Below are positions 22,040-35,277 of a stretch of 64,000 nt of DNA, in pieces. The notes beneath the pieces were generated by a model, which searched no databases, was not told the origin of the DNA, and was given only the letters and a program-made list of their open reading frames with translations. Position numbers and translations under genes: made by a program. Location: the NCBI RefSeq assembly GCF_008831285.2, contig NC_045138.2, positions 22,196,001 to 22,260,000 of the forward strand, in the 5' to 3' direction. Source of the stretch: Nymphaea colorata. Lineage: Eukaryota. Each line of letters starts with the position of its first letter. Within the stretch, counting starts at the first letter, position 1.

Positions 22040-25000
22040 TGTAGGAAAAACCAATGTGGACCCTAGATATAACTTAAATCCAAACCCAAGTTTATGCGAA
22101 GAAAAACTGACAAGGTATCGACGTTCAAAATAATTCTCAATAATAAACTTGATAAAGTATGCTTGATAAGAACTTAATAACCAAATGAAAATAGCTCATA
22201 AGAAAGTGCTAATGCCCAACAGTTGATAATCTCAAAATGTAAACTGCTTGATTCATCAAAATGAACATTACTAAAGAGGACACACCTTGTTGGCCAAGCG
22301 AACACTACCCGTATCATCCAAGCAGCTCACGAAGTGAGCACTCTTCTTACACACCAGCTCACAAAGTGAGCACAAAAACTCTAGCTCAAAGGACTCAACC
22401 CTGATTTTCTTTCATGCATTACAAAATGGCTAGCCACTCCTATTTATAGGGAGGACTAGTCGGAGTCGGTGGTGGAAGAATCCACAGAACTCCACATTTA
22501 TTTTATTATTATTATTTTCCTTTAATCATTACATGACCACCGACTTAAAACAGAGAAGCTCAAAGCCTCTTGAGTCATCTTGACTCTTTCAAGAGAGTCG
22601 GTGATGACTCTTTACAATCTCCCCCTCATTACCGACTCTCTACTCAAAACTCTTAACATTCTTCTAAGCTTGGCGAATGTTTGTATTGGCAAGCCTTTAG
22701 TAAAGGTGTCAGCAACTTGATTTTATGAAGCGATTGGCTGCAACTGAATCTCTCATTTGAGTACCTTTTCTCTGATAAAATAATGTTCCACCTATGTGTT
22801 TCGTTCGAGCATGGAAGACATGATTCTCTACAAGTCTAATTGCACTTTGATTATGGCAGTAGAGTCTCACTGCATAATCTACATTTTGTTTAATGTCTTT
22901 CAACAATCACATCAACTACACACATTCTTGTGCTGCTTGAGATGTTGCTCTATACTCTGCTTCTGTTGTAGATAGTGAAACTGTCGGCTGTCTCTTACTA
23001 CACCATGAAATTGCACCACTCCCAAGACTGAATGTATATCCAGTGGTCGATTTTCGAGCTGATAAGTCCTCAGCATAATCCGCATCACAATAACCAACAA
23101 CTTGACAAGTTGACCCTTTTTCATAAAATATACCAAAGTCAATAATCCTTTTAATATACCTTAATATCCTTTTTACTGCTTCTAAATGTGGTTTCCTTAG
23201 AGCTTACATGAACCTGCTCACGACACCAACTGCATAGGCAATGTCTGGTCTTGATAATGTTAAGTAGATTAGGCTTCCAACCAGTTGACGATACATAGTG
23301 ATATCTTCTAGCTTGTCTCCTTCATCAATTATAAGCTTCACATTTATCTCAATAGGTGTTGAGATAGGATTACACCCGAGCATACCATACTTACGTAGTA
23401 AGTCATGAGCATACTTCTTTTGACTTAAAAATAATCCTTTAAATTTGTAATCAATTTTCAATCCAAGGAAGTGTCGCAATTCTCCCAGCTCTTTCATTTC
23501 GAATCTCACTGTGAGATGTTCACGAATGAGAATAATTTTAGATCATCAACATAAATTAACAAAATAGTAAGCTTCGTACCTCTTGTCTTGATGAAGAGAC
23601 TTGAAACTGCTGAGGCGACTTGAAATCCACTAAACACCAAAAATTCTGTTATTTTTTCGTACCATGCTCTGGGCGCTCGCTTCAATCCATAAAATGCTTT
23701 TCTTAGCTTGCAGCATAGTCTGGTTTGTTTGGAGATTTGAATCCTTCAAGCTGCTCTATATAGATTTCATAATCAAGATCTCCATATAAGAAAATATTTT
23801 TCACATCCATCTGCCATAACTTCTAAGATTTGCTTGCAGCAATGACTATCAGAATACATACAGATGTGATCTCCACAACAAGACTAAAAGTTTCTTCAAA
23901 GTCAATATTGTATTGCTGAGAAAATCCTCTCGCGATTAGTCGAGCCTTATATCTATCGACTGAGCCATCTGCCTTTCTTTTTATTTTGTAAACCCACTTA
24001 TAAGTAATGAGCTTTACTCCTGCAGGCTTTGGTACGAGCTCCCAAGTCTCGTTATGCTCCAATGCCTTTATTTCATCTTTCATTGTTGCTTGCCATTCTT
24101 CAACATCTTTTGCTTCTTTAAAAGAAGCTGGCTCGATCTCCTCCATGATGACACAGTCTGCATCTGCATACTTGGGATTTGGTTTTGGTATTCTCGTTGA
24201 TCTTGTTAGTATTATGGGTGCTTCTTCTGGCTCTTTAAGTTGTGATGGTTTTTCTTCTTCTATACTTTGTTGTTGAATAGGACTGACTCCTATTCTCCAT
24301 GGATTTGCTCGTTCTTCTTGTCTTGAGCTATGAACTTGTTTATCTGGTCGTCTTGCTTATATGACTTCCAGCTCAGACTCTCCTTAATTCATCTCAAATT
24401 GTATTTTGATTTGAACATCTCTTTAAAAAACTGGAGAGTCTGGAAGCACATTCTTTTCTTTTAACCACCAGGATGATGCTTCATCGAAGATGTTATCGCG
24501 AGAAACATAAACTTGTCTTGTGCTTGGATTAGCACATCTCCAACCCTTTCAATATGAATCATATCCAACAAAGACACATCTTTGTGCCTTCTTGTCGAAC
24601 ATAGTCATGTGCTGCTCAGATAGAAAGACATAACATACACAACTAAATACTCTAAAATAACTCTCAAATGGCTTCTTTTTATGAAGAATTTTATATGGAG
24701 ACTTAAAATTAAATCTTGGCAATGGTAATCGATTAATGACATGTACAACTACACTGACACTCGGCTCAAAATCTAGGTGGCAAGTTCTTTGCATACATCA
24801 TGCTTCGACATGTTTCTGCTATATGATGATTCTTTCGTTCTGCCACTCCATTTTGTTGTGGCGTATAGGCACATGTAAATTGCCTTCGAATACCATGTTG
24901 CCTCATGTGTGCCATAAACATGTTAGATGTATATTTGCCACCATTATCGGTGTGTAGACACCAAGTTCTATACCCTAGTTCTTTTTACACCATCTGGTGA

Positions 25001-27350
25001 AACTCCTTAAACTTTTCAAGTGATTCAGTCTTTTCTTTCATAAAATAAACCCAAGTATATCTTGAAAAATCATCAATAAATGTGATAAAATACTATTTAC
25101 CTCTAACTAATGGGTCTGGTACTTTACCGAATACATCTGAATGCAGAAGCTCAAATGGTGCTTTAGTTCTGTACTTGGATTCTTTGAATGACATTCTATG
25201 CGCCTTTTCATATTGACATCTAGTACATAGTTTATCTGTTCGTACTTCAAGTTTTGACAGACCAATCAACTGCCCTTTATTAGACATCTCTCGAAGTTTG
25301 TTGTATCTAACATGAGCAAGTCTCTCATACCAAATATCTGAAGTATCATGCTTTCTTGTTTTGTCAATATATGTTGTTTCTGCTGACATGACATATATTG
25401 ACTCAACTTTTCTTCCTTCAAATATGAAAGTCCCTTAAACATCTGCATCTTTATAAACTTTCAATTATTTGGACCGAACAAAACATAGTGCCTTAAAACA
25501 GTAAGTTGTGCCACATACAACAAATTCTTTGTCATTCCTGAAACATGATAAACGTTCTGTAACATCCGATCTTTACCAAAGTTAGCTATAATCTCTGCTT
25601 CTCCAATATGTGCCACTAGGAGCTTTGTGTTGTTAGCAGTAACAACAACTCTATTTTCGTCATATTTTTTCATACTTAAGAACTTGCTCTCATCACCAAT
25701 CATATGATTTGAACATCCAAAATCAATTATCCAATTAGTTTGATAATTGATCTTTTCTTTTTCTTTTACAGGTTTTATATGGGTGGAATTACATCTTTCT
25801 TGTTTAATATCTTCTTTAACCTCCATTGAGTACAGAAATGAACTTTTCTGTACAGTTTTATTAGCTCTCCTATGTTGCTTACTTGTCGTGACTGCATTTC
25901 CTTCATCTATTCTGACTCTGCAGTCACGAGCAAAATGACCCAATTTTTCACATCTGAAACATTTCTTCTTTGGTCTCCATTGCTGTGTAGTTTCTATATT
26001 TTTCTCTTTCTTTTCATCAATGTTCCTATTTGGAGACCTAATGACTGGCTTAGCTGGCCATCGTGATCTCTGACCCTTACTAAACAACTTCCTCATTATT
26101 TACTTTGAGTGAAAGTCCAACCATTTGCTTCGTTAATGTTTCTTGATTGATCAAAAGATTCTCCAACTCCAACAATGATGGTTGAACTGGCCGGTCTTGA
26201 ACACTAATTATAAAACTGCTAAATTCTGGACAAAGTCCACAAACAAGAGTTCTCCGCATACGGGCCTCACTAATCTTAGGGTCAATTTGAGAAACCTTCC
26301 TATAGATGTTTTTAACCTTCATAAAATATTTTGCTATCGACATGTTTCCCTGAGTTAATGTGGCTAACTCATTTTCTAGCAGTTGTAGGCGGACATCATT
26401 AGCTCGAGAAAATAGTGTTGCAAAAGCATCCCATGCTTCTTTAGGAGTCGTAGCATCACGTATATGCTCTACTAAATCTTTTTCAATCGATACCTTAATT
26501 GCAAATAGAGCTTTTCCTTCTTTAATCATCCATTTCTTTTTAGCTTCCTCATCGACAAGAATATTTGTGTCTGATCTCAATACTATCTCTCATAATTTCT
26601 GTCCTAGAAAATATGACAACAGACGAGATTTCCAATAGCCACAATTGCTATTGTTAAGCTTCTCAATATTATTTAATGCAACCGCTAATGCCGCCATAAT
26701 TTCAGAATATAATTGACCCACTTACTCTCACTAGTAAATTGACGCTTAAACTGAACCTCCTCTGATACCACTTGTAGGAAAAACGATTGTGGACCCAATA
26801 CATAACTTAGATCCAAACTCAAATTTATGCGAAGAAAAACCGACAGAGTCTCGACGTTCAAAATAATTCTCAATAATAAACTTGATAAATTATGCTGAAC
26901 TTAATAACCAAACAAAAATAGCTCATAAAAAAGTGCTAATGCCCAATAGTTGATAATCTCAAAAAATGTAAATTGCTTTATTCATCAAAATGAACAATAC
27001 AGAAGAGGACTCACCTTGCTGGCCAAGCGAGAAATACGCGTATCACCCAAGCAGCTCACAAAGTGAGCACACTCTTCTTACACACCAGCTCATAAAGTGG
27101 GCACACAAACTCTAGCTCAAAGGACTCAACCCAACTCACTAGTCTGATTTTCTTTGATGCATTACAAAATGGCTAGCCACTCCTATTTATAAGGAGGACT
27201 AGTCGGTGGTGAAAGAATCCACCGAATTCTACATTTATTTTATTATTATTTTTTTCTTTAATCATTACATAACCACCGACTAAAAAGGAGAAGCTCAAAG
27301 CCTCTTGAGTCATCTTGACTCTTACAAGAGAGTCCGTGATGACTTTTATA
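22040..27350 (-). mobile_element. Degenerate full-length Ty1/Copia LTR retrotransposon (5' LTR 26773-27350, 3' LTR 22040-22616), 5-bp TSD GGTAT
   Basis: Paired ~577-bp LTRs. PBS (TCTGATACCA at 26761-26770 on +) and PPT (ATCTCCCCCT after 22616). TSD GGTAT at 22035-22039 and 27351-27355. Broken minus-strand ORFs with gag, CFRCEKLGHFARDC, WIIDFGCSNHM, integrase, RT (YKARLIARGFSQ) and RNase H (FHARTKHI). Confidence 0.93.
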
Positions 27351-27931
27351 GGTATGTTGCTCTTTACGTAATATAGCGGACTCACAATCCAAGGACGATG
27401 CAATTTTATTGTGCATCTTTGAATTGTAAAGTCGGATCTGTGATGCAGCCAGACGCGCATGAGGTTGCATTTTGTAATAATAGTGGAAGAATTAATGATT
27501 GGCAGTGACAATTTAAAGATATCAGCCGACTGGATGTTCTAAACGTTTTTAAAACTGTTAAACTATGGGGGTTTAAACTTTGTTATATGTTTTGATTTGA
27601 AAAAAATATATATATATGTCTTCATTTGGTAGAGGTTCTGGCTGTCTACTTAGTGCTGAATATGGAGTATGCTTTACCTTATGTCACAGTGGCACTGCAA
27701 ATCGCCATGTCGTGCCTCCATTATTTTGTCTGAATGGGCGGCCACAAGAAGAACAATGTATGCATCGTCATCAGTGGGAATATAAGGGGCCTGATGAACC
27801 CAAACCAGACATCTCATTTAAGTCTGGGCATCCGGCCGACCCGATAAAAAGTCAGATTTGGGCCGACCTAACACCTGAAACCCTGGCCCGGACTCGGCCC
27901 AACACCCGAAACCCTCGCCCGACCCTATTAC

Positions 27932-27971
<40 letters not shown>

Positions 27972-28309
27972 TAATATTCAAAATCGTAATAAAATATTAT
28001 AAATATATATAAAAATAAACTAAAAAACTGTTATTAGGCCCACTTGGGCAGCCTTATAATATTTCGGGCCGGTCTGATGCCCTTTTTTTCGAGTACCCAC
28101 AGGTGGCCCGACCTAATGCCCAGACTTAATCTCAATGGGTTTTGCCCAGACTTAATCTCAATGGGTTTTACGGATTTTACTCATCAACTAAAAGCCCTCA
28201 GCTGTAATTTTAGATTCCAGATTTTCGGTTGAAAGAATCTATAGAGGACAACATAAATTCCTAGATATTGCCTGATCTCTAACATGGACGATATTGGAGA
28301 TGAGGCTCG

Positions 28310-29467
28310 GAATACTTGTTATGGAAAGATGGGGAGATGGATGCAGACAAGCTTGCATCTAGGTATTAGAAAATTGACTTTATTTTATATATTTTTTCAT
28401 TTGTTATTTATTTATTTATTGTTTTTCATATATTTAGTATTTACTAATTATTTATTTTGTTTGGTTATATTTATGGTGGAGTAGGTTGAAGATTGACTGC
28501 TTAAAATTAAAGACATTTGAAATTAGAATCCCCAATCATACTTCTAGTTCTATTGGATGTGAAAGAAATTGCAGTGTATTCCACAACAAGCAACAAACAA
28601 AGAAATAAGCTCAAATACAAACGTTTAAATGACCTTGTCTTTGTTCGATATATAATATGAAGTTGATAGAAATGTAAATTAAATATATTTGTTATACAAA
28701 ATTGCAATTTATACTTTGGATGTATTGGACTCTTTGGTTGAAGAAGAACCATCCGTGATACTTAATGACAATGATTTTAACACAGAAGACCAAATGACCT
28801 TGTCTTTGTTCCAAATATAATATGAAGTTAAGAGAAACGTAATTAAATAGATTTGTTATACAAAATTTTAATTTATAATTCGATGTATTGGACTCTTTGG
28901 TTGACGAAGAACCATCCATGATACTTAATGATGATGATTTTGATTTTCTAAATACTGAAGGAGCAACAGAACTTGCTGAAGAAAGGGAGCCATGAAATGC
29001 TGGTGAAACATTTCATTTGAAGACACTGAAACAATTAATAAAAAAAAAAGAGAATGAAGATGGGGATGAAGATGATAAAATGATGATTATCGTTGAACGA
29101 AGATAATTATATGCTATGAACTTGTGATGTAATCTAAGATTTTATAACACTTTAAACTAGTGATGGATGCTTAGTAAGTTATTTTGAATCTCTAATGTCT
29201 TATTTCAGAATATGTTATTGATGAATTATGACTTGTGAAATACAAATTATGAATGGTTTTTTTTTTTTTATGTGCGATGAGTTCTTTAAATATGGAATAC
29301 ATTTTGCTTGATGTTTTTGTTTTTTGAAAATGTTCCTACTTTTTAAATTTGTTTGAATAAAGAGACTTATTTTAAGATACGCTATGCTGCACTTGCAATA
29401 CGGTACGATAAGGTAGATAGTACAGTCCAATCAATGCACGTTACAATATGCCAACGACAACATTGGC
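28310..29467 (+). mobile_element. hAT transposon remnant (transposase C-terminal dimerisation domain and right end)
   Basis: 28507-28670 translates, with one frameshift, as LKTFEIRIPNHTSSSIGCERNCSVF...RNKLKYKRLNDLVFVRYNMKL, matching the hAT motif 'AIRILSQTCSSSGCERNWS...RNRL...RLNDLVYV'. Includes a 165-bp tandem duplication (28627/28792). 3' part is homologous to 52170-52481 and ends CAACATTG. Confidence 0.75.
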
Positions 29468-29761
29468 TTGACCAATTAGATGCAACATGTGTGTAATGCG
29501 CTTTTTTGTCATCTTATAGGCATGATAGTTTCTTATGCATGTAATCTACCAGTCCCAACTCTTATAAAACCTTCTATCTTTCAAAAATCTCAAATACCAA
29601 GAAAACTAGGATGGTGTTTGATTGTTCTGAACAGGGACACTTCTTGTTTCTTGCCCACCAGTACATGTAGGCAAGGAAGTCTGATGGGGTTGTTTGAGAA
29701 GATGACCTGAGTTGAGGGTGGATACCATTGAATTTAAAGAGCGATTAGGTGGGCATCATTC

Positions 29762-29831
<70 letters not shown>

Positions 29832-31123
29832 TGAACGGTGACTAACTTTTTAGAGTTACTCATTCATGTAACCATAATTGTCCAAGTCCGACATAATGGA
29901 TAGTTAAAATGCATTTTCATCATCTAGTGTTAGTTTATACTTTTTTCTTTTTTTTGGTTTTCTCTTAACAATCTTTCTGGTTCAAATCATCGACATTGGT
30001 TAGATGACTGTGTGAACGACATTGATTAGATAACTGTGTGAACGACATTGGTTAGATTAATTTGTGATTCTACATAGCAAAAGTCATCATTCACTCACTA
30101 CATATAGATGTACATGTATATTATGAGCTGAAAATCTCCAAGCCATCTTGAACTCCGTTTAAACATGGTCATCCGATGCATTACATTAAGCAGCATGCTG
30201 TGAAAGGCTATACATGTAAGAGGTAAAATCCTCTATTCAATCATAACCGCCCGATGCAATCAAGATACATAGCATGGAAAGCATGGAAAGAGGCAGTGTG
30301 TATCGAGAAGCGAGAGAATAGGACTGAAGAAGTCCAAGTGCCACCACCACCATATTTAATATATCCATGCCAAGATGTACGCATGCAGGTGTAACCTCCA
30401 CCGCAACCTGGTCCATTGTCTCAAACTAAAAGACTTGGGGACCATAACTAAAGTTGAACACTGCTTCCAACCCAACTCCGCTCCATTATTCCACCAATGA
30501 ACTCAAGACTCTAGTTACCAAAACTTTTACTTGAAAAAAAAGTGTGGCTCTTGAGAAGCGCGTCACCAATGTTTCTTTCAAAGAGGGAAAAAAAAGGCAA
30601 AACAAAAGAAGAATTCGTTTATCGCATATGACAACCTCGTCTCATTTAAAAGATGTAATTTCTTTCACCCGTAGTAATTTATTCTCATTTAATACGCTAG
30701 CACAGGAGCCTGTGGAGGCTGACATGTAAATATTTTTAAATTCTTTATTATGATAGTACGATTTAAATTTATCCAAATTATTAAAAATTCGTAAAATAAA
30801 AAAAATGACATTTTCGAGTCCATAACCATAAGACCAAAAACTGTCGTTTACAAATTGTTCATGAGTGATGACAATAACTCTCAGCACGGACCCATCGTTG
30901 GAAAGAGAGCCCGGAGAACGTTTTTTTCCTCCACTGGTAGCAGAGAAAGTCGCTTCTTGATTTTATGTCAAAAAGACCGGGCGTTCGAGGTCAACACGGA
31001 ATGCGCTCCTGCTTGTCTCACTTTGTTGATGCCATTGCCGTCTCATCGTGCATAAGAAGATGGAATCCGTTCAAGCTTGAGAGAGAACCAAGTAGCAGAG
31101 AAATCGACCAAGAAGGTCAGAAG

Positions 31124-33109
31124 ATGATGCCCCTCAGAGCATCATCCTCCTTCCTCTGTTCCCTTTTCTGCAGCCTCCTGTCCCTACTCCTCCTCCCTTC
31201 TTCTCTTCATGCCCAACAGGTTTACGTCAACAAGACTCAATTCGATTGCTACGGGAACCACCCCAACACCCTTGGCTTTCTCTGCAATGGGCAACGAACT
31301 GCATGTGTTTCCTACTTCATCTTTAGATCTAATTCCGATGTAAACTCAATTTCCGAGATCTCCTCCCTTCTAAACGCTGATTCTGCAAAATCAGCAGAGA
31401 TTGTTAGAATCAACGGCGCATCGGGCGTGTATCAGACGCTCCCCGTTGGCAGAGAAGTGGTAGTCCCCGTAAGCTGCTCCTGCTCAGGCGAATACTACCA
31501 ACACAATTCCTCTTACGTCATAAAGCAGAACGACACTTATCTCAGAGTTGCCAACGAAACGTATGAATCCCTGACAACTTGCCAAGCTCTCATGAAGCAG
31601 AACCGCTACAGCAGCACCAACCTTACAACTGGTTTAAGCATCTTGGTGCCACTGATGTGTGCTTGTCCTACGAGAAACCAGACTCTGAATGGTGTGAAGT
31701 TCTTGTTGACGTACCCGATCGTCGAGGGGGATGACGTACCCAAGCTTGCTTCTAAGTTTGGTGTCGATGAGCAGAGTATACTCAACGCCAATGAGATCGT
31801 GGGAGACCCTACCATCTACTTCGACACGCCCCTTTTGATCCCTTTCAAGAAGGAACCGCCATCTTGGTCCCAACTTCTTAAGCCTTCATCGCCGCCACCA
31901 CCGTCCGCTGTTCCTTCCCCTCCTCCGTCGCCCCCGCCACCTGCGAGCGAGAGCCACAACAAATGGGTTTTCGTTGGCGTCGGAGTCGGAATCGGTTTCC
32001 TTCTTCTGGCAGTTATTTCTTGTTTGTTGGTGGTCTATTTGCGGCGCCGTCGTCACCGCCGTGGTGGTAGCAGTCATGCTCCGGCGACTCCGACTCAGAA
32101 GCAGCAGAAACTCACAGAATCTTCTGTTTCCGTCGGTGATCTGTCCGTAAAGAAATCGTCCACTGCCATATCGGATAATCTTCTCGACGCCGTCCGGTCC
32201 TTGACGGCGTACAAATACGAAGAACTACGGAGGGCTACACATGGTTTCACTGAGGACTCCCTCATCAAAGGGACCGTTTACACAGCGGTGATCAATGGAG
32301 ATCGAGCGGCCGTCAAAAGCATGAAAGGAGATGTCTCTAACGAGATAAAAATATTGAAACAGATCAACCATTCCAACGTCATTAGACTCTCTGGTTTCTG
32401 CATTCATGAAGGGAACACTTTCCTGGTATACGAGTTCGCAGAAAATGGTTCCCTCAGCGATTGGCTTCATGGTCACAGATACCAGGACAATCAGTCCTGG
32501 TCCAAAAGTACATGCAGCCTCACCTGGAAGCAAAGAGTACAGATTGCCTGTGATGTCGCAGATGGCCTTAACTATCTTCACAACTACACTAGCCCAGCGC
32601 ACGTTCACAAGAATCTCAAGAGCAGCAACATACTGTTAGATGATAAATTCAGAGCCAAGATTGCCAATTTGGGGTTGGCAAGAGCAGTTGGAGATCAAGA
32701 AGATGGTTTGCACTTGACCCGTCATGTCTTCGGAACTCAGGGGTACATGGCACCAGAGTACCTTGAACACGGTCTGATCACATCGAAGCTCGATGTTTTC
32801 GCCTTCGGAGTGGTGCTCCTTGAGCTTCTTTCCGGGAGGGAAGCAGTCGGTCAAGCACATGATCAAGACAAAGTCGAATTGCTGCTGTCATCAGCTATTG
32901 GCCCAATACTTGAAGGGGATGATGCTAAGGAGAAGCTGAGAAGCTTCATGGATCCTTCTCTTGGAAGCGATTATCCTTTAGATCTAGCCCTCAATGTCGC
33001 TTGTCTGGCATGTAAGTGTGTAGCAGATGACATGAATTCGCGACCCTCCATGACCGATGTCTTTATGACCCTGTCAGCTTCTATTGGTTGGAGTTCATCG
33101 ACGAATTAA
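31124..33109 (+). CDS. LYK5: LysM receptor-like kinase, LYK5/LYK4 (LYR) type, intronless, copy 3 (661 aa from the Met at 31124)
   Basis: Same architecture as copy 1. Start placed at MMPLRASSS by homology to copies 1 and 2 and by the signal peptide. HKN and NLG pseudokinase motifs. Confidence 0.92.
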   Translation: MMPLRASSSFLCSLFCSLLSLLLLPSSLHAQQVYVNKTQFDCYGNHPNTLGFLCNGQRTACVSYFIFRSNSDVNSISEISSLLNADSAKSAEIVRINGASGVYQTLPVGREVVVPVSCSCSGEYYQHNSSYVIKQNDTYLRVANETYESLTTCQALMKQNRYSSTNLTTGLSILVPLMCACPTRNQTLNGVKFLLTYPIVEGDDVPKLASKFGVDEQSILNANEIVGDPTIYFDTPLLIPFKKEPPSWSQLLKPSSPPPPSAVPSPPPSPPPPASESHNKWVFVGVGVGIGFLLLAVISCLLVVYLRRRRHRRGGSSHAPATPTQKQQKLTESSVSVGDLSVKKSSTAISDNLLDAVRSLTAYKYEELRRATHGFTEDSLIKGTVYTAVINGDRAAVKSMKGDVSNEIKILKQINHSNVIRLSGFCIHEGNTFLVYEFAENGSLSDWLHGHRYQDNQSWSKSTCSLTWKQRVQIACDVADGLNYLHNYTSPAHVHKNLKSSNILLDDKFRAKIANLGLARAVGDQEDGLHLTRHVFGTQGYMAPEYLEHGLITSKLDVFAFGVVLLELLSGREAVGQAHDQDKVELLLSSAIGPILEGDDAKEKLRSFMDPSLGSDYPLDLALNVACLACKCVADDMNSRPSMTDVFMTLSASIGWSSSTN

Positions 33110-35277
33110 ACATACGAATCTGCCCCACCGAGAAGGATGCTTATTCATGGTTTTACTTGACTTTGGTTTTTGAGGCCTTTGCTTCCTCCCTGGTGTATGT
33201 ATGTCTAAGAGAAAACTGTTGTACTTCCGACATCATTCTTATGGTCTTGCAACTGATTTTCCTGTTATAGATCTTGAGAAGATAACTCTCACGTACACAT
33301 ATAGGAAGGAAGACACCTCTTTATTGTTTTCACTTTTAATTGTCAAGTTGGCGCTGCGATGGAGACATTGCCAGATGAGGTTGTTTTTTGTAATAACAGT
33401 GGAAGAATAATTTAACATGTCAGCCAATTGGACTTTCTCGATGTGTTTAAACTTTTAAACTATGTTAGTTCAAGTGTTGTTTGTTTTCATTTGAAAGCAA
33501 AATGTGGCTTTATTTGGTAGAGGTTCTGTTTAGAATCTTGTAGACGAACATTGAATACATTTTTCTATATCACAGTGGTGCTTGCAAATTGCTAATGGCC
33601 GCCTTCATTAACCTGAAAAAAAAGCGACCTGTATGCATGTGGTGAAGCACGTTCTGTTGCATTCAAAATACATGCCAAATATTCCTTCATAGGATTTCTG
33701 CAACATCAATGGGATCAATTTGTTAGGGATTTCCAAAACGTTGGACTGCTTCCACAAGGATAATGCACGTTTAGCTTCTTCTGCCTCTGTCAAGGAATAT
33801 TCAAGGTGCATTTAGGTGATGAACGTCACCAGCATGACTGTGGTACAGTTGCTTGCATTTAGGAAGATGGGTCTCTTCTGTTTTTCAATTTCCATCTTGA
33901 GCGGACATGAGGTCACTCTTCGTTTCACATAGACTCAATTTTCTCGACTTCATTGGTGGACAGATACATGGTCCACTCTTTTAAGTAAATGGGTGGCGCT
34001 AATGGCATATCAGCTTATCAAATGAAAGCTGGGCGACCTAATCTCCAACCGTTTTGGTTGATGAGGGGGAGTGATTGGTTGCAGTTGGCTGGGAACAATG
34101 GAGGTAACTTGAAGACTTGAATTTGACATCAATCTAAACTTAATAAAACAGAGAGGTGGTTTTCCTCTAATACAACCAGGACGATGCCAAGGAAGAAAAG
34201 TCTTTGAGTACATTCATCATTTCCACTCAGCAGTCTTTTGCTAGCAGTATGGTCGAATCAGTGCCTACACAGAAATGCTCACACATATCCTCCGTTCAAT
34301 CGTGAATGTCTTCTGCAGGCTGCTAGGAGCAACCTGAGTTTGCAGGATAGCAGTCGAGATGCATTAGGAGTTGGCAGAGGAAATGAGACTAGTTGCAGTA
34401 ATTTTGTGCCGTGAACAGAAAGTGTTTACAGTAGAAAGTTAACCTCATGGTCGCGGGACAACAGGTAATGTTCAAAGTTAAAATTTGAAACTCAAGCAGG
34501 ATTTTGCCAACCCTCTGGTGGATCAGAGACTAAAGCTTTGACAGCCTAATAAACATGCTTATTCTTGCCTTCGGAAAGAGAGGAGGCTTTGGTAGTGGAG
34601 CATGTATGCATTTCTGTTGGCTATCAGGAACATTGTCAAGAGATCAAAATTCGAGAAGGCCTTCCCCTAGGAAACATAAATCATGTATAGGCGTTTGGTC
34701 ATGGGTAAAATTTGACAAAGGAACTTTTGGAGTCATTCTGCTGAGATTCATGATATAGCTTTCTCAAACTACAGAGCACATAATCACACTGCCAATCTCA
34801 AAACCAAAAAGTTTTTCAGTGAAAAAAATGAGAGTAAAGGAAAAGAACTCATTCAGCAAATACTCAATCAATACCACTCTAATCATCTGGCTCTTCGCCA
34901 GCAAGAAGTGTGGCTTCAGGGAAAGGGCCTCCAAAACGCAGAGGTCAGTTCGCCAGACGGTCAAGCCAATCAACGTATACCAACCTGTCTCCCCAAAGTT
35001 ATTGGCGTTCTCACTGGTTGAAAAGCAAGCTTTTACACGCTTGACTGCAGTTTTGCTGCATATCTAGTTTGGTCTGGGTCAGTTTCAGTTTCTTTCTTAA
35101 TACTCTTGGCAACTGAGACAAAGAAGCACAAATTAAGCTACGCAAACAAGGCGTTGCACTTGAAATAACTATGAATCACGCGTCGAACTTCAAACAATTT
35201 AGATCAACTGGTCACGTTGAAGGCAACAACAAGTTACAGGAGAGAAAGACAGAGAGAGCAAAAACATCAGTAGCGGG

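Noticed and set aside
30965..31123. 53-aa in-frame N-terminal extension of LYK5 copy 3
   Set aside because: It precedes the signal peptide, and the homologous region of copy 2 has an in-frame TAG. Most likely promoter or 5' UTR.
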